From Antedon mediterranea (Eukaryota > Animalia > Echinodermata), in assembly GCF_964355755.1 (NCBI RefSeq), contig NC_092675.1, positions 12,457,812 to 12,521,811 on the forward strand: DNA of 64,000 nucleotides. The letters are read 5' to 3'. The translations under genes and the position numbers were made by a program. The notes under the pieces are model-generated. The model made no database searches. It had not been told where the DNA came from and was given only the letters and a program-made list of their open reading frames with translations. Positions 1 to 12,500 of the stretch are shown here, one piece after another. Each line of letters opens with the position of its first letter. Position 1 is the stretch's first letter.

Positions 1-3000
1 GAGATAGATCAGCGAGAGAGAGAGAGATAGATAAGCGAGAAAGAGATAGACCAGCGAGAGAGAGATAGATCAGCGAGAGAGAGGTAGATTAGCGAGAGAG
101 AGAGATAGATCAGCGAGAGAGAGAGATAGATCGGCGAGAGAGAGATAGATCAGCGAGAGAGATATAGATCAGCGAGAGAGAGATAGATCAGCGAGACAGA
201 GAAAGATCAGCGAGGGAGAGATAGATCAGCGAGCGAGAGATAGATCAGCGAGAGAGAGATAGATCAGCGAGAGAGATAGATCAGCGAGAGAGAGATAGAT
301 CAGCGAGAGAGAGATAGATCAGCGAGAGAGAGAGATCAGCGAGAGAGAGATAGATAAGCGAGAGAGAGATAGATCAGCGAGAGAGAGATAGATCAGCGAG
401 AGAGAGAGAGAGATAGATCAGCGAGAGAGAGAGAGATAGATCAGCAAGAGAGAGATAGATCACCCAGAGAGAGATAGATCAGCGAGAGAGAGAAAGATCA
501 GAGAGAGAGAGAGAGATAGATCAGCGAGAGAGAGATAGATCAGCGAGAGAGAGATAGATCAGCCAGAGAGAGAAAGATCAGCGAGAGAGAGAGAAAGATC
601 AGAGAGAGAGAGAGATAGATCAGCGAGAGAGAGATAGGTCAGCGAGAGAGAGATAGATCAGCGAGAGATAGATAGATCAGCGAGAGAGAGAGATAGATCA
701 GAGAGAGAGAGATAGATCAGCGAGAGAGAGATAGATCAGCGAGAGAGAGATAGATCAGCGAGAGAGAGATAGATCAGCGAGAGAGATATATATCAGCAAG
801 AGAGAAATAGATCAGCGAGATAGATAGATCAGCGAGAAGAGATAGATCAGCGAGAGAGAGATAGATAGATCAGCGAAAGAGATAGATAGATCAGCGAGAG
901 AGAGATAGATCAGCGAGAGAGATATAGATAGATAAGCGAGAGAGAGATAGATCAGCGAGAGAGAGAGATAGATCAGCGAGAGAGAGAGAGAGAGAGATAG
1001 ATCAGCGAGAGAGATATATTTATCAGCGAGAGAGAGATAGATCGGCGAGATAGATAGATCAGCGAGAGAGAGATAGATCAGCGACAGATAGATAGATCAG
1101 CGAGAGAGAGAGAGAGAGAGAGATAGATCAGCGAGAGAGAGATAGATCAGCGACAGATAGATAGATCAGCGAGAGAGAGAGAGAGAGAGAGAGATAGATC
1201 AGCGAGAGATAGATAGATCAGCGAGAGAGAGATAGATAAATCAGCGAGAGAGAGAAAGATAGATCAGCGAGAGAGAGATAGATAGATCAGCGAGAGAGAG
1301 AGAGAGAGAGATAGATCAGCGAGAGATAGATAGATCAGCGAGAGAGAGATAGCTCAGCGAGAGAGATATAGATAGATCAGCGAGAGAGAGATAGATCAGC
1401 GAGTGAGAGATAGATTAGCGAGAGAGAGATAGATAGATCAGCGTGAGAGAGAGATAGATAAGCGACAGAGAGATAGATCAGCGAGAGAGAGATAGATCAG
1501 CGAGAGAGAGAGATAGATCAGCGAGAGAGAGATAGATCAGCGAGAGAGAGATAGATCAGCGAGGGAGAGATAGATCAGTGAGAGAGATATATTTATCAGC
1601 GAGAGAGAGATATATCGGCGAGATAGACTGATCAGCGAGAGAGAGGTATATCAGCGAGAGAGAGATAGATCAGTGAGAGAGATATAGATCAGCGTGAGAG
1701 AGATAGATCAGCGAGAGAGAGATAGATCAGCGAGACACAGATAGATCAGCGAGTGAGAGATAGATCAGCGAGAGGGAGAGAGATAGATCAGCGACAGAGA
1801 GATTGATCAGCGAGACACAGTTAGTTCAACGAGAGAGATAGATCATCGAGAGAGAGATACATCAGTGAGAGAGGGATAGATAGATCAGCGAGAGAGAGAG
1901 AGAGAGAGATAGATCAGCGAGAGAGAGATAGATCAGCGAGAGAGAGAGAGAGAGAGATAGATCAGCGAGAGAGAGAGATAGATCAGCAAGAGAGAGATAG
2001 ATCACCCAGAGAGAGATAGATCAGCGAGAGAGAGAAAGATCAGAGAGAGAGAGAGATAGATCAGCGAGAGAGAGATAGATCAGCGAGAGAGAGATAGATC
2101 AGCCAGAGAGAGAAAGATCAGCGAGAGAGAGAAAGATCAGAGAGAGAGAGAGATAGATCAGCGAGAGAGAGATAGATCAGCGAGAGAGAGATAGGTCAGC
2201 GAGAAAGAGATAGATCAGCGAGAGATAGATAGATCAGCGAGAGAGAGAGATAGATCAGAGAGAGAGAGATAGGTCAGCGAGAGAGAGATAGATCATCGAG
2301 AGAGAGATAGATCAGCGAGAGAGAGATAGATCAGCGAGAGAGAGATAGATCAGCGAGAGAGATATATATCAGCAAGAGAGAGATAGATCAGCGAGATAGA
2401 TAGATCAGCGAGAGAGAGATAGATCAGCGAGAGAGAGATAGATAGATCAGCGAGAAGAGATAGATCAGCGAGAGAGAGATAGATAGATCAGCGAAAGAGA
2501 TAGATAGATCAGCGAGAGAGAGATAGATCAGCGAGAGAGATATAGATAGATAAGCGAGAGAGAGAGATAGATCAGCGAGAGAGAGAGATAGATCAGCGAG
2601 AGAGAGAGAGAGAGAGAGATAGATCAGCGAGAGAGATATATTTATCAGCGAGAGAGAGATAGATCGGCGAGATAGATAGATCAGCGAGAGAGAGATAGAT
2701 CAGCGACAGATAGATAGATCAGCGAAAGAGAGAGAGAGAGAGAGAGATAGATCAGCGAGAGATAGATAGATCAGCGAGAGAGAGATAGATAAATCAGCGA
2801 GAGAGAGAAAGATAGATCAGCGAGAGAGAGATAGATAGATCAGCGAGAGAGAGAGAGAGAGAGAGATAGATCAGCGAGAGATAGATAGATCAGCGAGAGA
2901 GAGATAGCTCAGCGAGAGAGATATAGATAGATCAGCGAGAGAGAGATAGATCAGCGAGTGAGAGATAGATTAGCGAGAGAGAGATAGATAGATCAGCGTG

Positions 3001-4145
3001 AGAGAGAGATAGATAAGCGACAGAGAGATAGATCAGCGAGAGAGAGATAGATCAGCGAGAGAGAGAGATAGATCAGCGAGAGAGAGATAGATCAGCGAGA
3101 GAGAGATAGATCAGCGAGGGAGAGATAGATCAGTGAGAGAGATATATTTATCAGCGAGAGAGAGATATATCGGCGAGATAGACTGATCAGCGAGAGAGAG
3201 GTAGATCAGCGAGAGAGAGATAGATCAGCGAGAGAGATAGATCAGCGAGAGAGAGATAGATCAGCGAGAGAGAGATAGATCAGCGAGAGAGAGAGATCAG
3301 CGAGAGAGAGATAGATAAGCGAGAGAGAGATAGATCAGCGAGAGAGAGATAGATCAGCGAGAGAGAGAGAGAGATAGATCAGCGAGAGAGAGAGAGATAG
3401 ATCAGCAAGAGAGAGATAGATCACCCAGAGAGAGATAGATCAGCGAGAGAGAGAAAGATCAGAGAGAGAGAGAGAGATAGATCAGAGAGAGAGAGATAGA
3501 TCAGCGAGAGAGAGATAGATCAGCCAGAGAGAGAAAGATCAGCGAGAGAGAGAGAAAGATCAGAAAGAGAGAGAGATAGATCAGCGAGAGAGAGATAGAT
3601 CAGCGAGAGAGAGATAGGTCAGCGAGAGAGAGATAGATCAGCGAGAGATAGATAGATCAGCGAGAGAGAGAGATAGATCAGAGAGAGAGAGATAGATCAG
3701 CGAGAGAGAGATAGATCAGCGAGAGAGAGATAGATCAGCGAGAGAGAGATAGATCAGCGAGAGAGATATATATCAGCAAGAGAGAAATAGATCAGCGAGA
3801 TAGATAGATCAGCGAGAAGAGATAGATCAGCGAGAGAGAGATAGATAGATCAGCGAAAGAGATAGATAGATCAGCGAGAGAGAGATAGATCAGCGAGAGA
3901 GATATAGATAGATAAGCGAGAGAGAGATAGATCAGCGAGAGAGAGAGATAGATCAGCGAGAGAGAGAGAGAGAGAGATAGATCAGCGAGAGAGATATATT
4001 TATCAGCGAGAGAGAGATAGATCGGCGAGATAGATAGATCAGCGAGAGAGAGATAGATCAGCGACAGATAGATAGATCAGCGAGAGAGAGAGAGAGAGAG
4101 AGATAGATCAGCGAGAGAGAGATAGATCAGCGACAGATAGATAGA

Positions 4146-4182
<37 letters not shown>

Positions 4183-7100
4183 TCAGCGAGAGATAGATAG
4201 ATCAGCGAGAGAGAGATAGATAAATCAGCGAGAGAGAGAAAGATAGATCAGCGAGAGAGAGATAGATAGATCAGCGAGAGAGAGAGAGAGAGAGATAGAT
4301 CAGCGAGAGATAGATAGATCAGCGAGAGAGAGATAGCTCAGCGAGAGAGATATAGATAGATCAGCGAGAGAGAGATAGATCAGCGAGTGAGAGATAGATT
4401 AGCGAGAGAGAGATAGATAGATCAGCGTGAGAGAGAGATAGATAAGCGACAGAGAGATAGATCAGCGAGAGAGAGATAGATCAGCGAGAGAGAGAGATAG
4501 ATCAGCGAGAGAGAGATAGATCAGCGAGAGAGAGATAGATCAGCGAGGGAGAGATAGATCAGTGAGAGAGATATATTTATCAGCGAGAGAGAGATATATC
4601 GGCGAGATAGACTGATCAGCGAGAGAGAGGTAGATCAGCGAGAGAGAGATAGATCAGTGAGAGAGATATAGATCAGCGTGAGAGAGATAGATCAGCGAGA
4701 GAGAGATAGATCAGCGAGACACAGATAGATCAGCGAGTGAGAGATAGATCAGCGAGAGAGAGAGAGATAGATCAGCGACAGAGAGATTGATCAGCGAGAC
4801 ACAGTTAGATCAACGAGAGAGATAGATCATCGAGAGAGAGATACATCAGTGAGAGAGGGATAGATAGATCAGCGAGAGAGAGAGAGAGAGAGATAGATCA
4901 GCGAGAGAGAGATAGATCAGCGAGAGAGAGAGAGAGAGAGATAGATCAGCGAGAGAGAGAGATAGATCAGCAAGAGAGAGATAGATCACCCAGAGAGAGA
5001 TAGATCAGCGAGAGAGAGAAAGATCAGAGAGAGAGAGAGATAGATCAGCGAGAGAGAGATAGATCAGCGAGAGAGAGAGATAGATCAGCCAGAGAGAGAA
5101 AGATCAGCGAGAGAGAGAAAGATCAGAGAGAGAGAGAGATAGATCAGCGAGAGAGAGATAGATCAGCGAGAGAGAGATAGGTCAGCGAGAAAGAGATAGA
5201 TCAGCGAGAGATAGATAGATTAGCGAGAGAGAGAGATAGATCAGAGAGAGAGAGATAGGTCAGCGAGAGAGAGATAGATCATCGAGAGAGAGATAGATCA
5301 GCGAGAGAGAGATAGATCAGCGAGAGAGAGATAGATCAGCGAGAGAGATATATATCAGCAAGAGAGAGATAGATCAGCGAGATAGATAGATCAGCGAGAG
5401 AGAGATAGATCAGCGAGAGAGAGATAGATAGATCAGCGAGAAGAGATAGATCAGCGAGAGAGAGATAGATAGATCAGCGAAAGAGATAGATAGATCAGCG
5501 AGAGAGAGATAGATCAGCGAGAGAGATATAGATAGATAAGCGAGAGAGAGAGATAGATCAGCGAGAGAGAGAGATAGATCAGCGAGAGAGAGAGAGAGAG
5601 AGAGATAGATCAGCGAGAGAGATATATTTATCAGCGAGAGAGAGATAGATCGGCGAGATAGATAGATCAGCGAGAGAGAGATAGATCAGCGACAGATAGA
5701 TAGATCAGCGAAAGAGAGAGAGAGAGAGAGATAGATCAGCGAGAGATAGATAGATCAGCGAGAGAGAGATAGATAAATCAGCGAGAGAGAGAAAGATAGA
5801 TCAGCGAGAGAGAGATAGATAGATCAGCGAGAGAGAGAGAGAGAGAGAGATAGATCAGCGAGAGATAGATAGATCAGCGAGAGAGAGAGATAGCTCAGCG
5901 AGAGAGATATAGATAGATCAGCGAGAGAGAGATAGATCAGCGAGTGAGAGATAGATTAGCGAGAGAGAGATAGATAGATCAGCGTGAGAGAGAGATAGAT
6001 AAGCGACAGAGAGATAGATCAGCGAGAGAGAGATAGATCAGCGAGAGAGAGAGATAGATCAGCGAGAGAGAGATAGATCAGCGAGAGAGAGATAGATCAG
6101 CGAGGGAGAGATAGATCAGTGAGAGAGATATATTTATCAGCGAGAGAGAGATATATCGGCGAGATAGACTGATCAGCGAGAGAGAGGTAGATCAGCGAGA
6201 GAGAGATAGATCAGTGAGAGAGATATAGATCAGCGTGAGAGAGATAGATCAGCGAGAGAGAGATAGATCAGCGAGACACAGATAGATCAGCGAGCGAGAG
6301 ATAGATCAGCGAGAGAGAGAGAGATAGATCAGCGACAGAGAGATTGATCAGCGAGACACAGTTAGATCAACGAGAGAGATAGATCATCGAGAGAGAGATA
6401 CATCAGCGAGAGAGGGATAGATAGATCAGCGAGAGAGAGAGAGAGAGAGAGAGATAGATCAGCGAAAGAGAGATAGATCAGCGAGAGAGAGATAGATAGA
6501 TCAGCGTGAGAGAGATAGATCAGCGACAGAGAGATAGATCAGCGAGAGAGAGATAGATCAGCGAGAGAGAGAGATAGATCAGCGAGAGAGAGATAGATCA
6601 GCGAGAGAGAGATAGATCAGCGAGGGAGAGATAGATCAGCGAGAGAGATATATTTATCAGCGAGAGAGAGATATATCGGCGAGATAGATAGATCAGCGAG
6701 AGAGAGGTAGATCAGCGAGAGAGAGATAGATCAGTGAGAGAGATATAGATCAGCGTGAGAGAGATAGATCAGCGAGAGAGAGATAGATCAGCGAGACACA
6801 GATAGATCAGCGAGAGAGAGAGATAGATCAGCGAGAGAGAGAGAGAGATAGATCAGCGACAGAGAGATTGATCAGCGAGACACAGATAGATCAACGAGAG
6901 AGAGAGATAGATCAGCGAGAGAGAGATACATCAGCGAGTGAGGGATAGATAGATCAGCGAGAGAGAAAGAGATATATCAGCGAGAGAGAGAGAGATAGAT
7001 CAGCGAGAGAGAGATAGATAGATCAGCGAGAGAGAGAGAGATAGATCAGCGAGAGATAGATAGATCAGCGAGAGAGAGATAGATCAGCGAGAGAGAGATA

Positions 7101-7865
7101 GATCAGCGAGAGAGATATAGATAGATCAGCGAGAGAGAGATAGATCAGCGAGAGAGAGATAGATAGATCAGCGACTGAGAGAGATAGATCAGCGAGAGAG
7201 AGATAGATCAGCGAGAGAGAGAGATAGATCAGCGAGAGAGAGAGATAGATAGATCAGCAACAGAGAGATAGATCAGCGAGAGAGATAGACAGATCAGCGA
7301 GAGAGAGATAGATAAGCGAGAGAGAGATAGATAGATCAGCGACAGAGAGAGAGAGATATAGATCAGCGAGAGAGAGAGATAGATCAGCGAGAGAGAGAGA
7401 TGGATAGATCAGCGAGAGAGAGATAGATCAGCGAGACAGAGATAGATAGATCAGCGAGAGAGAGATAGATAGATCAGCGAGAGAGAGAGAGAGAGAGAGA
7501 TAGATAGATCAGCGATAGAGAGATAGATAGATCAGCGAGAGAGAGATAGATAGATTAGCGAGAGAGTTATAGATCAGCGTGAGAGAGATAGATAGATCAG
7601 CGAGAGAGAGATAGATCAGCGAGAGAGAGATAGATCAGCGAGAGAGAGAGATAGATAGATCAGCGAGAGAGAGATAGATCAGCGAGAGAGAGATAGATCA
7701 GCGAGAGAGAGATAGATCAGTGAGTGAGATATAGATCAGCGAGAGAGAGAGATCAGCGAGAGAGAGAGATAGATCAGCGAGAGAGAGATAGATAGATCAG
7801 CGAGAGAGAGATAGATAGATCAGCGAGAGAGAGATAGATAGATCAGCGAGAGAGAGATAGATCAG
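1..7865. repeat. GA-rich compound minisatellite, consensus unit TAGATCAGCGAGAGAGAGA (19 bp) with variable (GA)n and (GATA)n length; runs off the left edge of the window
   Basis: TAGATCAGCG recurs at 241 and 260 (period 19) and throughout. The + strand is strongly purine-biased. The array ends abruptly at ...ATAGATCAG|ACAAAGG (7865). Confidence 0.97.
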
Positions 7866-7954
7866 ACAAAGGACCTCTTTTCCAAGATTAAGTGCGGAAT
7901 GTAGATGGAAATGTTCATAATAACAGAAAATTCGCATGGCAAATAATATTAGCA

Positions 7955-8290
7955 GATGTGTTTTCTGAATTTGACTTAGTGTTGAAGGAAAGCCAGGAAA
8001 AACTACTGTAATAAAGTATGACGTACACCCAGTTAGTCAAAAAGCTTATCCAATTCATCAGGCTAAGTTAGGCAAAGTAAAAGAAGAGTCTCACTGTCCA
8101 AAACTGGACGGTACAGCTCGCTTTAACATGAATTACAAAAAAATGCATATCCAATGCCACGGATAAATGAAATAATAGGCAGGGTTGGTACTACTAAATT
8201 TATAACGACATTAGATTGATGTAGAAGGTTCCTAACTGAACCATATACAGCTTTTTCAACACCAATGGTTTTGTAACAATTTAAGTGTTA
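7955..8290 (+). pseudogene. Decayed Ty3/Gypsy LTR-retrotransposon reverse transcriptase fragment (N-terminal part of RT)
   Basis: Manual translation across frameshifts and deletions gives KPGKTTVIKYDV, HPVSQKAYPIHQAKLGKVKEE, PKLDGTARFNMNYKK, AYPMPRINEIIGRVGTTKFITTLD and TAFSTP..L*QFK. These are colinear with the Gypsy RT motifs PGxT..H.I, P..Q.PYR, VPKPDG..RFC.D.RKLN, DAYPMPRIDE....G.A..ITTLDL and KTAF.TP.GLYQF. Confidence 0.8.
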
Positions 8291-8326
8291 GGCCAAGAGT
8301 CTGGACATACCCTAAATAACCACAGT

Positions 8327-9072
8327 ACATATGTTGTTTAAATCAGTTCAACAATTCTGATTAAACCATGACACATGTTTTGTTTAAATCAGGTCAGCAA
8401 TTACTGAATAAACCATGACACATGTTTTGTTTAAATCAACTAAGCAACTAATGTCTAAAAAACCACACATGTTTTGTTTAAACATGGAGTAAATATAACT
8501 CTATGGTTTAAATCAGTTCAACAATTACTGATTAAACCTTGACACATGTTTTGTTTAAATCAATTCAACTAAGCAACTAATGTCTATAAAACCACACATG
8601 TTTTGTTTAAACATGGAGTAAATATAACTCTATGGTTTAAATCAGTTCAACAATTACTGATTAAACCAGGACACATGTTTTGTTTAAATCAACTAAGCAA
8701 ACTGATTAAACCACCACACATGTTTTGTTTAAATCAGGTCAACAATTACTGATTAAACCATGACATATGTTTTGTTTAAATCAGGTCAACAATTACTTAT
8801 CCATGACACATGTTTTGTTTAAATCAACTAAGCAACTAATGTCTAAAAAACCACACATGTTTTGTTTAAACATGGAGTAAATATAACTCCATGGTTTAAA
8901 TCAGGTCAACAATTAATGATTAAACCATGACATATGTTTTGTTTAAATCAGGTCAACAATTACTGATTAAACCATGACACATGTTTTGTTTAAATCAACT
9001 AAGCAACTAATGTCTAAAAAACCACACACGTTTTGTTTAAACATGGAGTAAATATAACTCCATGGTTTAAAT
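8327..9072. repeat. Short ~47-bp minisatellite (C), consensus ACACATGTTTTGTTTAAATCAGGTCAACAATTACTGATTAAACCATG, with a second subtype (..AATCAACTAAGCAACTAATGTCTAAAAAACC..)
   Basis: ACACATGTTTTGTTTAAA recurs at 8371, 8418, 8465 (period 47) and onward, roughly 14 units. Four units carry a 30-bp insertion. Confidence 0.9.
8483..8505. other. 23-bp hairpin CATGGAGT-AAATATA-ACTC(C/T)ATG flanked by direct repeat GTTTAAA; further copies at 8612-8634, 8871-8893, 9042-9064
   Basis: 8-bp inverted arms (perfect in copies 3 and 4) around a 7-nt loop. Units without it read TTTTGTTTAAATCA with a single GTTTAAA. Confidence 0.8.
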
Positions 9073-9102
9073 GGTGATTTGTTTATGAAAAGTAAAAAAC
9101 AA

Positions 9103-9582
9103 AAAGTAATACAACTAAAACATGGGGAATTATAAATAGTATTCTTAAAGGCAAAAGTTAGACTGTTTATGAAATTATTCCAGATAAACTTAAAGAATCA
9201 TTAAATGATGTTAATATTGAATGTAATTCCAATGAACAAAAAATCGACTTGTTTAATGATTACTTTGTAAATATCGGCAGAAATTAGCAAGCAAGATTGA
9301 TTGTTCTCAAAAAAGTTCCAATGATTATTTGAAAAATTCAATTAGTTCCTCTTTTATTTTGGAAACCTGTTTTAGAATTTAAAGAATTATTAAGAAATAT
9401 AGATATAAAAAAGTACACTTGACATGACCAGTTATCTGCTAGATTAATTAAGGATTCATCTATTGTTATTGCAAACCCATTAACATATATTATTAACTTA
9501 TAACTTGTCACAGGTGTTTTCATGATGACTTGAAGGTGGCCAATTTTTAAAAAGGGTTATAAGGATATCCTTGGAAATTATC
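9103..9582 (+). pseudogene. Decayed non-LTR retrotransposon ORF2 fragment (L2/Crack/CR1-group-like), linker and start of the RT domain
   Basis: Manual translation gives KSNTTKTWGIINSILKGK, DLFNDYFVNIG, IDIKKYT*HDQLSARLIKDSSIVIANPLTYIINL*LVTGVFHDDLKVA and PIFKKGYKDILGNY, matching the CR1-group pattern KTW.IIN, FN.YF..IG, K.S.G.D.IS...K....I..PL..I.N.S...G.FP..LK.AKV.PIFKKG....NYRPIS. It has in-frame stops and frameshifts. Confidence 0.85.
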
Positions 9583-12500
9583 TAAACTGTTACTGACTAC
9601 ATTTTGACTATACAGTCCATTAATTATTCTACTATGTATTTGCAGTTTAAATTCTCTAAACTGATACTGACTAATCAACTACATTTTGACTAGACAATTC
9701 ACTGATTATTCTACTATGTATTTGCAGTTTAAATTCTCTAAACTGTTACTGAATAATCAACTGTCTTTTGACTAAACAATTCACTGATTATTCTACTATT
9801 TACACACAGTTTAAATTCTCTAAACTGTTCCTGAATAATCAACTGTATTTTGACTAAACAATTCACTGATTATTCTACTATGTATTTACAGTTTAAATTC
9901 TCTAAACTGTTACTGAATAATCAACTGTCTTTTGACTAAACAATTCACTGATTATTCTACTATGTATTTGCAGTTTAAATTCTCTAAACTGTTACTGACT
10001 AATCAACTACATTTCGACTAGAAAATTCACTGATTATTCTACTATGTATTTGCAGTTTAAATTCTCTAAACTGTTACTGACTAATCAACTACATTTGACT
10101 AGACAATTCACTGATTATTCTACTATGTATTTTCAGTTTAAATTATCTAAACTGTTACTGACTAATCAACTACATTTCGACTAGACAATTCACTGACTAT
10201 TCTAATATGTATTTGCAGTTTAAATTCTCTAAACTGTTACTGTATAATCAACTGTATTTTGACTAGACAATTCATTGATTATTGTACTATTTACACACAG
10301 TTTAAATTCTCTAAACTGTTACTGAATAATCAACTGTCTTTTGACTAGACAATTCACTGCTTATTCTATGTATTTGCAGGTTAAATTATCTAAACTGTTA
10401 CTGAATAATCAACTGTCTTTTGACTAAACAATTCACTGATTATTCTACTATGTATTTGCAGTTTAAATTCTCTAAACTGTTACTGAATAATAAACTACAT
10501 TTCGACTAGACAATTCACTGATTATTCTACTATGTATTTGCAGTTTAAATTCTCTAAACTGATACTGACTAATCAACTACATTTTGACTAGACAATTCAC
10601 TGATTATTCTACTATGTATTTGCAGTTTAAATTCTCTAAACTGTTACTGAATAATCAACTATCTTTTGACTAAACAATTCACTGATTATTCTACTATTTA
10701 CACACAGTTTAAATTCTCTAAACTGTTACTGACTAATCAACTACTTTTGACTAGACAATTCACTGATTATTCTACTATGTATTTGCAGTTTAAATTATCT
10801 AAACTGTTACTGAATAATCAACTGTCTTTTGACTAAACAATTCACTGATTATTCTACTATGTATTTGCAGTTTAAATTCTCTAAACTGTTACTGACTAAT
10901 CAACTACATTTCGACTAGAAAATTCACTGATTATTCTACTATGTATTTGCAGTTTAAATTCTCTAAACTGTTACTGACTAATCAACTACATTTGACTAGA
11001 CAATTCACTGATTATTCTACTATGTATTTTCAGTTTAAATTATCTAAACTGTTACTGACTAATCAACTACATTTCGACTAGACAATTCACTGACTATTCT
11101 AATATGTATTTGCAGTTTAAATTCTCTAAACTGTTACTGTATAATCAACTGTATTTTGACTAGACAATTCATTGATTATTGTACTATTTACACACAGTTT
11201 AAATTCTCTAAACTGTTACTGAATAATCAACTGTCTTTTGACTAGACAATTCACTGCTTATTCTATGTATTTGCAGTTTAAATTATCTAAACTGTTACTG
11301 AATAATCAACTGTCTTTTGACTAAACAATTCACTGATTATTCTACTATGTATTTGCAGTTTAAATTCTCTAAACTGTTACTGAATAATATACTACATTTC
11401 GACTAGACAATTCACTGATTATTCTACTATGTATTTGCAGTTTAAATTCTCTAAACTGATACTGACTAATCAACTACATTTTGACTAGACAATTCACTGA
11501 TTATTCTACTATGTATTTGCAGTTTAAATTCTCTAAACTGTTACTGAATAATCAACTATCTTTTGACTAAACAATTCACTGATTATTCTACTATTTACAC
11601 ACAGTTTAAATTCTCTAAACTGTTACTGACTAATCAACTACTTTTGACTAGACAATTCACTGATTATTCTACTATGTATTTGCAGTTTAAATTATCTAAA
11701 CTGTTACTGACTAATCAACTACATTTCGACTAGACAATTCACTGACTATTCTAATATGTATTTGCAGTTTAAATTCTCTAAACTGTTACTGTATAATCAA
11801 CTGTATTTTGAATAGACAATTCATTGATTATTGTACTATTTACACACAGTTTAAATTCTCTAAACTGTTACTGAATAATCAACTGTCTTTTGACTAGACA
11901 ATTCACTGCTTATTCTATGTATTTGCAGTTTAAATTATCTAAACTGTTACTGAATAATCAACTGTCTTTTGAATAGACAATTCACTGATTATTCTACTAT
12001 GTATTTGCAGTTGAATTTATCTAAACTGTTACTGACTAATCAACTACATTTCGACTAGACAATTCACTGACTATTCTAATATGTATTTGCAGTTTAAATT
12101 CTCTAAACTGTTACTGTATAATCAACTGTATTTTGACTAGACAATTCATTGATTATTGTACTATTTACACACAGTTTAAATTCTCTAAACTGTTACTGAA
12201 TAATCAACTGTCTTTTGACTAGACAATTCACTGCTTATTCTATGTATTTGAAGTTTAAATTATCTAAACTGTTACTGAATAATAAACGGTCTTTTGACTA
12301 AACAATTCACTGATTATTCTACTATGTATTTACAGTTTAAATTCTCTAAACTGTTACTGACTAATCAACTACATTTTGACTAGACAATTCACTGATTATT
12401 CTACTATGTATTTGCAGTTTAAATTCTCTAAACTGTTACTGAATAATAAATGGTCTTTTGACTAGACAATTCACTGATTATTCTACTATTTACACACAGT

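Noticed and set aside
1-7865. Telomeric repeat
   Set aside because: No TTAGG/TTAGGG-type G-tract, and unit length varies by dinucleotide slippage.
9338-9523. 61-aa minus-strand ORF
   Set aside because: Antisense to the decayed LINE fragment; no recognisable motif.
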